Of a DNA stretch of 57,950 nt, positions 49,381 to 57,950 are shown piece after piece. This DNA is from Hydrolagus affinis (Eukaryota), in the NCBI GenBank assembly GCA_012026655.1, contig JAAILG010002105.1, positions 1 through 57,950 on the forward strand, given 5' to 3'. The position numbers and the translations under genes were made by a program. The notes below the pieces were generated by a model, which had not been told where the DNA came from, searched no databases, and worked only from the letters and a program-made list of their open reading frames with translations. Each line of letters starts with the position of its first letter. Within the stretch, counting starts at the first letter, position 1.

Positions 49381-50074
49381 GCTGAGCAAAAGATTATATT
49401 ATAAGTTTGTTTCCATTTCATTTCCATTTGGTTTTCAGTGTTTGCTGAATAATTTGCCGAATTGTTGATATTTCACTACTTATCACATTATCAACATTGA
49501 ATCCTTTTTTTTAAAAACAAAAAGAGGATGTGAGATTAGTCCTTTCTCCTTTCCCCACTATTTTGGTGTCAGCAAAAACATACCTTTCAGAAATCAGATT
49601 TTTATCCAATTAATAAATATGAATATTTATTCATACATGCAGATTGTATTCAAATCATAGACCTTATACAGTATCAAATGATTTTGCTGCTCCATGGCCC
49701 ACTTACTCCAAGGTGACATCAGTCTTATTATTGTTCTTTATATTTAGATTGTGACCTGAATCTCTGCTTTTCTATTTTTTTTCAATTGCTAATAAATAAC
49801 AGCTGTTAGCTAAGAGGCCATAGATATGCATTCTGATAACATTCCACCAGTAGAATACTAAGATTGAATTACTATGTTAATATTACTACCAGACATTGTA
49901 TTAATAAAAACTGTTAGAAGTCTGTATTTAATATGTATGTGGTGGCGATAACAAAGGTAAGGGAGAAAATATGCAACATAATGTAACTCATATCAGAGCA
50001 ACTTCTAGTTGAATACAAATAATTTAACAGTAATATTACAGTACACAGTATTGTGTATTGGACACATTACATTA

Positions 50075-50289
50075 CAGTAAAAACCTATTTATCCGGCATC
50101 CTTGGGACCTGGCCATTGCCGGTTAAAGCACCTACCGGATATTTGGCCGAAAACGCAAAAAAAAACATTTTTTTTCAATGCATTTTTCCGGATAAATTCC
50201 GGTTAATTGAATGCGGACCTTTTTTTTTTGCAATGCCGGTTATACGGAAGTTACGGTTGATTGGGTGCCGGATAAATGGGATTTTACTG
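50075..50289. mobile_element. Non-autonomous Tc1/mariner (pogo/Tigger-like) MITE, 215 bp
   Basis: TIRs CAGTAAAAACCTATTTATCCGGCATCC vs reverse complement CAGTAAAATCCCATTTATCCGGCACCC; TA on both sides; subterminal sequence shared with 28569-28968. Confidence 0.9.
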
Positions 50290-52875
50290 TACATGGTGAT
50301 CTGTTATGTTGCTGGAATAGTGATGTGCATCTTGCCCTCATCCTTCCCAATTTATAAATTTATTTGTGCACAAACACAACAATATAGAACTTTTACATTT
50401 CCCTGGACAATTCTGTATACAGCAAGCTTCTATTCTATCATGACCTATTTAGTTTCAATCAAAGGTTAGTCTATTGGGAATTGTAATATATAGCAATTAG
50501 GTCTCATTTCTACTACAAAACTGAAATATAATTCAGTCATTTGATAGTGTGCTTCTTTTTAAACAAAACTTTTCCTCCATTTGTTCCTATGAAAACAATT
50601 ATTATTCAGTGGGGGATGAGAGTTGAAGGATGAGGATGGCTAATGTTCATAATGCTCCGATTGGTGTACATAGGTTAATGTAGCTCGATTGGCAAATTTA
50701 TTATTACTTGAAATTATGATTTTGAGCAGAAGACACTGTAACAAAAAAATCCTAGCTGTAAGACTGGACAACTGATCAGTTGATTTATGTGTGTACCAAA
50801 TGTAATGCATAAAATTAACAACAGGCTTGGAGAAGAGTGCAAATTGCAGATGTGGGTTGCTAAGCAAATGTTATTTTCATGTAGCTGCTTTCATTTGTAG
50901 GGCATCTGCTCTCTGTTCTTGAACAATAGATCTCCATTTATAAGTACAGTCAGAATATGTAGTAATTAATAATGGGATAACTTAAATTGTTTTCATTTGC
51001 ATATAAACAAGAAAAATGCACATATGACGACTAATTGTATTTTTCGTGGTTATATTTGATCTTGCCAACATTGAAGGTTAATGGGGCATAGCTATAAGAT
51101 GCTCAGTAAAATGCTCTCTCTGGCTTCTCCAAACGGCTAATCGTTCACTACCTTAAGCAGAATGAAAGGAATCTTTGAGAAATCCTTGTGGCATCTAAAA
51201 TGCATCTATTGAAAAAGTGAATCTTAATGTTGCATAACATATTTGTATGAATAAATTAAATGAAATGAAATCCCCCTATCCTTTTACCATTTCTTCTCTC
51301 CCCACCTGAAACGTCTGATACAGTTCGGTATGAAAGGCGGATGAGTCAACCTGCTCTCTCTTAATTTGAAGGACAGCGATGCTGCATTGAAATGTAGAGT
51401 AATTTCAATGAAGAACCAGGTGTTACATTACTGTATTAACAAATAAACTGCCTGTGTATAGGTGACCAAAGCAGCCATTTTGTGCACAACAAAGTCACAT
51501 AAAGAATCAAGTGGTGAACGATCAATTTATCTGGAAGATTGTTGGCTGTCAAGATACCTTGTAACCATTCGGGGGTATCCTTGTTGAAACCTTTTTAGGT
51601 CTCCAGAGCTGCTACAGTGGTATATGTTACATGTCTATGTGTGCTGCGAAGAGACTTTATTTTTAATGAAAGCCAGTACTGCTTATTGGCATGATGTTTG
51701 ATCTGGAGATGGCTGATACTAGGGAAAAACCTTAAGTAAAACGTGATACTCAAAAACAACAACACATAGTTGTGGCTACCTATTAGCTATGACGTCTTTT
51801 TTTAACCTCTTTAGTGCCAGTACAGGTTCAAATGAAATGTTTCTCTTTGGCCTGGCTTCCCCTATAACCAGAGTCACAAGAGGGGAGATGAGACCTGAAA
51901 TTGTAGGTTTATGAAAAGATAAAAAATAACCCCCTATAAATGAAGACATGTGATACGGTTTGGCAATTGTTGCTTGAAGGAAAAACAAGCGAGGTAGGGT
52001 ACATTGTGTAAGGAAAATAATCCTTGACCTTCTCCAATGAAAATTGTGAATTTCACAAATCCCTTCTGTTAGACTGGATATTGGGACAACAGGCAACCCT
52101 AATATTATCAACACTTGTTTTTTTTCCCAATGACACCTGTATATTTTTCAAATTGAGCTAAACCATGTGGAGGCACAGAGCTAGAATGTTCTTAATGCTA
52201 TTGACGTAAAAGGATTTTCGAAGTCATTTGATACACTTATTAATTAGCCCATTCCATTGATTGCAAATTGTTAAAAATGCATGAACGTGGGTTGAGCCAC
52301 ATAATATGAAAATAGCCTTCCTCCCTCCCTCTTCCAGCCCCCGCTTATTGGAAGCCACTGCCAATGGAACCTTTCACTATTGTGTTGCATGCCAAAGGAT
52401 GCAGATTCTCTCAGAATGTTTTAAGACTTTAATTATTGCAGAAAAACAGAATTGGCCATAGATTTGCTAATACAGCATTACAAAATGCCCTTGAGAAATG
52501 ACTTGCATTTTGGATAGTTTCTTTGATGCATGCATTTTTAGATATATATTCATGAAATAAAGTACGGTCCTTCAAATTACTCAGCTTTGCCTTTAAAGGA
52601 CATTTGTTTGGACTCATTTCCTTGCAGCATTTTCATATTGCATTAGTTCTACATAAAAGCGGATCTTTGAGAAGAAAACTAAATGCAGTGGAAAGTATCC
52701 CAGCCAATGCAATAATTAAATCATTTTATATATAATATATAATAATAATATAACAAATGGAAAACCTAGCCTTCTGACTGTACAGTGAATTATTATCTAC
52801 AGACACTGGAGTGTTTGTTGAAGTTTATCTTTATTGTTTGAAATGTGTAAATATTATATCTATTTTCTGCTGCAG

Positions 52876-53103
52876 GTGGAAGTTAAGCCATATGTCCTGG
52901 ATGATCAGATGTGTGACGAATGCCAGGGTGCACGCTGTGGTGGAAAATTTGCCCCGTTCTTCTGTGCCAATGTTACCTGTTTGCAGTATTACTGTGAATA
53001 CTGCTGGGCAAGCATACACTCGCGCGCTGGCAGGGAATTTCACAAGCCCCTCGTGAAAGAAGGAGGTGATCGCCCGCGCCACGTCCCCTTCCGCTGGAGC
53101 TGA
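52876..53103 (+). CDS. CPEB3: CPEB3 last coding exon (VEVKPY…CDECQGARC…CEYCWASIH…HVPFRWS*), ZZ-type zinc finger
   Basis: ttttctgctgcag| acceptor; C6H2 ligand pattern; C-terminus …RHVPFRWS is CPEB3-type; TGA at 53101-53103. Confidence 0.98.
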   Translation: MEVKPYVLDDQMCDECQGARCGGKFAPFFCANVTCLQYYCEYCWASIHSRAGREFHKPLVKEGGDRPRHVPFRWS

Positions 53104-56100
53104 ACCATCGTATAATCATCGACACGTACTGGAGCGCAGAGCGCTGCCTCAGGGCTGAGAGGGTTCTGGAAATTGGTGCATTCTTCCTCAGATAAAGAAT
53201 GTTTTTGTTTTTGTTTAAAGTCACTGAACTCATCCAAGATTGTCTGGTATATAAAATTTTAAGAGTATCTGTAATGACTCTGCACTTTGGCTCGCAAACA
53301 TCTGCTTGGGTACCTTTGTTTGTTCAATATTGGACATTGCATTGTGATTTACAATTAGTAGCTGATATCCCGTCAGCCACTGCCAGCTTGGCGCTCATGT
53401 GACTGTTTCCTGTGAAAGGAACATGCACTTATTTTCAGAAACTTAGACTTGCCCCTAGAAGACTTACCAAAGGTAACACACTGTAGGTGGCATATGTAGC
53501 AAACATTCTTCTCAAATATTCAGCAATTCTAATTTGGGGTCATTTAGAATACCAGTTACCCTAAAATAAGCCTTTTTTTGCTCTCCATTTTGACTTGCAA
53601 GATTAATACCTCATAAGCTCAATCTGATTTTGCTGGGGTTTTTTTGGTTAGGTCTATGTTAGTGTTATGTAAATGTATGCTGCAATAGCTTTTGCTGCTA
53701 TATAAATGGTATTGCAGATACCACAGTACTTTATTCAGGCTAGGGTTATAAATAAATGTGGAGCATAATGCTGCTGAAAAGATGCAGTATAGCATGGAGA
53801 GGCTCCACGGGAGGGTCAGTAGTTTTGGACTGCATGTTTACTTATCCAGGTTGCTGCATGCAATAAATTTTGTGTATCATGTCTCTTATATCTGCTGACA
53901 ACCTGCCCACCAGTGCACAAAAATAATTATGTAGGCTACAAAAAAAAACATCTCCGTACAAAAGAGAATTGGCTAATCCTGAGGAAAGCTTGCCTCAGTA
54001 ATGTAAATGCTTATGGAGTTTGAATCTGTGTCCGTTAAAACATTACAGATATCACAAATACTTAACTAGATGTAGGATATCTTGAAGTTATGTTGATGGT
54101 AGGTGAAGTACTCTGCGGTGATCACTTATTGTGCAATTTTTATATAGTAAGGTGATTATGTATAGTACTGTGATAAAGTTAAACGTTGTAATGTCTGACA
54201 TAGAAGTATGTGATGCTTCATAACCAGTGTATAAACAAGTGAGCTCAGTTAAATTTCTCTGCTGCTTGCACCATTTACATAGCTTCAGACCTTGTCCAGA
54301 AAACCAAAGAGCTCATACACTACCAATATATTTGTCGGACTGACAAGTAGGCACATTAGGAAAGGAAACTAATGCAAAAGAACTGTCTGCACAAAGTCAA
54401 AATGGAGATGTCTGCTTTCTGGTTCAGAATAAACTCCCCAATCCCTGGGTATATCCTGCAAAGCTTGAATTCTAATAAGATCTGCTAATTAGTGGACATT
54501 TTTTAGCATGTACAGTGGGGCTGCAGATTTCAACCAAACACAGGCAACAAGTGTACCAACGGTGGGGGTTTGTACACAGTAACCTTCAGCAGCTCTGGGG
54601 ACAATCTGACTGGATATGACACCGCATAGTAGATTTGATACTAATTGTTGAGTCATTTGTGTGTTGTGATGTCCTGTTTATGTCCAGTAAGTCTTTATTT
54701 TCCTTTTTAGTTTTCTTTTCAGTGTTTAGTTGCAAGTATTGGCATTGAAATGGATTTTTTTTGAAAAAAGAAAAAGAAATTACTTTTTTACTGGTAAATC
54801 GCTTATTATCTCTTTGGAGGTTACTTCTGGGCTTTTTGTGATATTGCTTTCCTGCCCAGGCATGTTTTTCTATGTTTTTTCATTATCTGTATAAGACATT
54901 TGTTATGCACTACTTTTTGTATCTGGACGGTTTTCAACAGTCAGCTGATTTTTTAAGCGTGCTTTCTGACTGACATGATCTTTTGCAATACCTCAATTTT
55001 GAAATATAGGAAAGAAATTGATATTTTCTAAGTAAGTTTATTCTAAAAATATATATTAATTTAATTCTGCAAGGAAATGATTTAACAGATGGGTAATTTT
55101 ATTTTTTTCATGCTTATTTGCTTTTTTGGAAATTGAAGGAGCTAGAGCTTTATAACTTTAATATGGAGAATTGTAGTTAGCTACAGTACAAGACTTTAAA
55201 AAAAAATCTACCTAAATGTGGAAAAGTGAACATTTATAAACAGTTTTCCCCTTCTTCGTATAGTTTAATGTATGAATTTAAAAGCTGGAATGTAAAGAAA
55301 TAATTAAACGGCTTGGGATAGACACATCTCCATTGGTGCTGGAAGCTGTTAGTAGGACGTAAAAATTAAAATATTTTTCACTTAATTTGTGTATTTATCA
55401 TTAATCCTTTAAGTACGACTGACCAGAATTGTGAAAGAAATCTTCTGTTCATTATTTTTGTATGAATACCTTTTTATGTTAAGTTATAACAACATGCTCC
55501 CTTTTGTTAAATTATAACAAGCCCCAATTTGTTTACTTGTCAATGAATATAATGAGGTCCTTCAGATTGAGAATGTTATTTCTAAGATGTTCAAATTGTA
55601 ACTTGACTAAGAGCCCCTGGTGCATCAGGTCCATTTGTGGCCTTCTCTTGATGTTGGAGACTTGAATTAGTCAATTTTGAAGGCTAACTTAACCTCGACT
55701 CTTTGTTGTAATGTGCAATACTGTTTGTACTGTTTGTAAAAAAAAAACAAAAAAGCATAAATCTTTATCGCAGATTTATTTTCATTGCAAACTTTAGACA
55801 TTGTGATTCACTAAATCATTTTTCTACTGTCAAATGTGTACCTTTTCTTCATGCTAGTATTTTTTCAATAGTAACGTAGCCTTTGTACTGATACAAATAT
55901 TCATTGTTATTTTTAGAGAGATTTTTGCTAAAACCAGAGGATTTAAACATATTTACATATTTTTCATTTTTATTTAGTTATTTTTCTTTACAGACGGCTT
56001 TTCTCAACCATAAGTCATTTCGGGGAGAGACTTTCATATCTGGTCAATGTCATCAATATTATTTTGTATTTTTACTTGGAATAAATTAATTTTATGATGC

Positions 56101-57110
56101 TAATTCTTTAAAGTTTATTTTCAGTTTTGTTATTTTTGGAGCTGAAACCTTTGTAATATTGTAACTAAAGTGTCTAGTTTTGAAATGCAAAGCTTCATGT
56201 ATTAACTTGCTGAAGTGGTTTACAGTAGTGTGGTAATGACAAACGGCTGAAAATGTAGAGTGATTGACAATGTAATTGGATGAATGGGCAATAAACTATC
56301 AGAATGGAACAGACAAAATAATGTTGTGCTATTGTAAGGGGGAGGGGAAAATCCAAGTTGTACCCGGGGTGTCTGTCTACCTGTTTTGCTGAGTGATAAG
56401 CCATGGAATTTCAGATGGGGAAATGCATTTTTTGTTGTTGAGGCTGGTTTGTATGTAGCAACTGGTTTTTGTACTACTTTGTACACTAACTTGTTCCTTC
56501 TTTCTATTTACTAACCAAACTTTCCTCTCGATCTCAGTTAGCTGCTACAGTGTTGAAAAATGCCACCAAGTATTTATAAATGCAAGCAATTACTATATAC
56601 CCCAAATGGGTAGCTAGCCGGAAATTGTAGGTAAATGTGGTAATTCTGCAAATTTGTTTTGCACAAAATTCGTAGTAAATGCACCGATTTTAGTATTCAG
56701 TTAGTTTACTTAACATTAAGGTGCTAATACTAAATAAACACAATATAGCCAAACTTTTCTGGACGTAGTTGTATTGGGGTATACAGTACAGGTATTTGTA
56801 ACTTTGCTGTTAAATAATGGAAAACATCATTTTTAGAGTGTTCAAAGCTAGGATGTCTGTGTTTGTTTCCAAACAAACTACTAATTTTAAATGTATCTTT
56901 TACTGTTCTCCTAGATTGTTTAGCTAGTACTCTTACACAGCATATACATTTTGGCTTGGACTGATGCTTGTACGGAACTGCAGTACTGTGACTAAACATG
57001 GAGCTCAATGCTGCTATTGCTTACCAATGCTTAAGTTTGTAGTTTGGACTTTAATTTTTTCTGTACTAACAAGTAAACCTTATTAAACTTAGTTGTATGA
57101 ATCAGTAACA
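53104..57110 (+). other. CPEB3: CPEB3 3' UTR (end approximate)
   Basis: U-rich, no recognisable SINE/LINE; AATAAA at 53751, 53862, 54428, 56080 and 56733, ATTAAA at 57082; many miRNA seed matches and CPEs. Confidence 0.65.
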
Positions 57111-57811
57111 CTTGTCATGATTTTGCATGATCATTGGCGACTGTTGGCATGATTTGCAACATTTATTAAAACCACAGAAGCCTACTGAAGTCTTGATTGG
57201 CTGAACATTTCTAATAGCAAATCACATTTCCTCCCAAGGACACTTGGATTCTAAACAGCTGAACTTGCAAAATGGCACCATCTACAGGAGGAACACATCG
57301 ATTGCTATTATCTGCATCCAGTTACATGATTCATATTTACAATACTTTATTTTAAATAACAGATTCATTACACCTAATTTTTCTAAAATAACAAGCTAAG
57401 CACAATGAAAAATATTTCAGCATAAGTGAAGATCATAGATATTCTTTCTTGTTCTTCAAGAATTATCGGCAAATAACTTGGATTTTTTTAAAAAAAAACT
57501 TTCTCTTGTACAGGTTCTCTTAAAAGAAAAACACTTTTCTCTGGAGACCATATCTAACGTTCCTTTGCCTATAGAACAACATTTCAGAGACAATGCTACA
57601 ATCATTCACATGCAAAGCAGTTAGACCATTGCCAAATGATATGCCAGCATGGAATAAATGAGCTGTATAACGGAACACATTAAGTTTGCATACCAAAGAA
57701 TGGCAGGTATTATGCATTTTTCTGAAGAATTTTATTTAATTTCCCTTGCAAGAAGAATCATTTTAAAAAAAATTCACTCACTGAAAAATCTTGTTGAAGT
57801 AGTATCATAAA

Positions 57812-57950
57812 GGAACACCCTCTCCACTACCCTCGACACCCTGGCCCCCTTCACCTCCAAAACCGTCTCCCACTCCCGATCATCACCGTGGTACACACCT
57901 CATCTCCGCTCCCTCAAAAGCCAAGTGAGAGCAGTTGAACGTACCTGGCT
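57812..57950 (+). mobile_element. L2 LINE ORF2 fragment running off the window
   Basis: Translates NTLSTTLDTLAP…SPWYTPHLRSLKSQVRAVERTW, the L2 LD-AP…PWY…ER-W motif. Confidence 0.8.

Noticed and set aside
53101-53110. Stop-codon readthrough
   Set aside because: Context TGA-ACC lacks the TGA-CTAG motif, and an in-frame TAA follows within four codons.
1-57950. Prokaryotic systems (CRISPR arrays, operons, IS elements)
   Set aside because: The sequence is a spliced vertebrate locus; no regularly spaced repeats or long intact non-CPEB3 ORFs were seen.

Overview
AT-rich vertebrate genomic DNA; the SINE/L2/CR1 repeats suggest a cartilaginous fish such as elephant shark (inference). The window holds an essentially complete CPEB3 gene on the + strand: 10 coding exons (5711-6586, 16718-16877, 26140-26199, 33991-34014, 35966-36133, 36237-36326, 45152-45270, 45982-46096, 46419-46600, 52876-53103), all GT-AG and phase-consistent, totalling 2022 nt = 673 aa. 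The protein has a low-complexity N-terminus with Q23, two RRMs and a ZZ-type zinc finger. Three in-frame splice choices are visible: a 69-nt alternative donor, a 24-nt microexon and a 27-nt alternative acceptor. A long 3' UTR carries many miRNA seed matches, CPEs and several poly(A) signals. Upstream, a CpG-rich bidirectional promoter is shared with a divergent gene whose first coding exon (2398-2450, - strand) fits MARCHF5. Introns contain tRNA-derived SINEs in both orientations, L2 and CR1 fragments, two TA-flanked MITEs and a 92-nt near-perfect hairpin. I searched by eye for the mammalian HDV-like CPEB3 ribozyme and did not find it. There is a 100-N gap at 5376-5475. Most other ORFs in the track are spurious.
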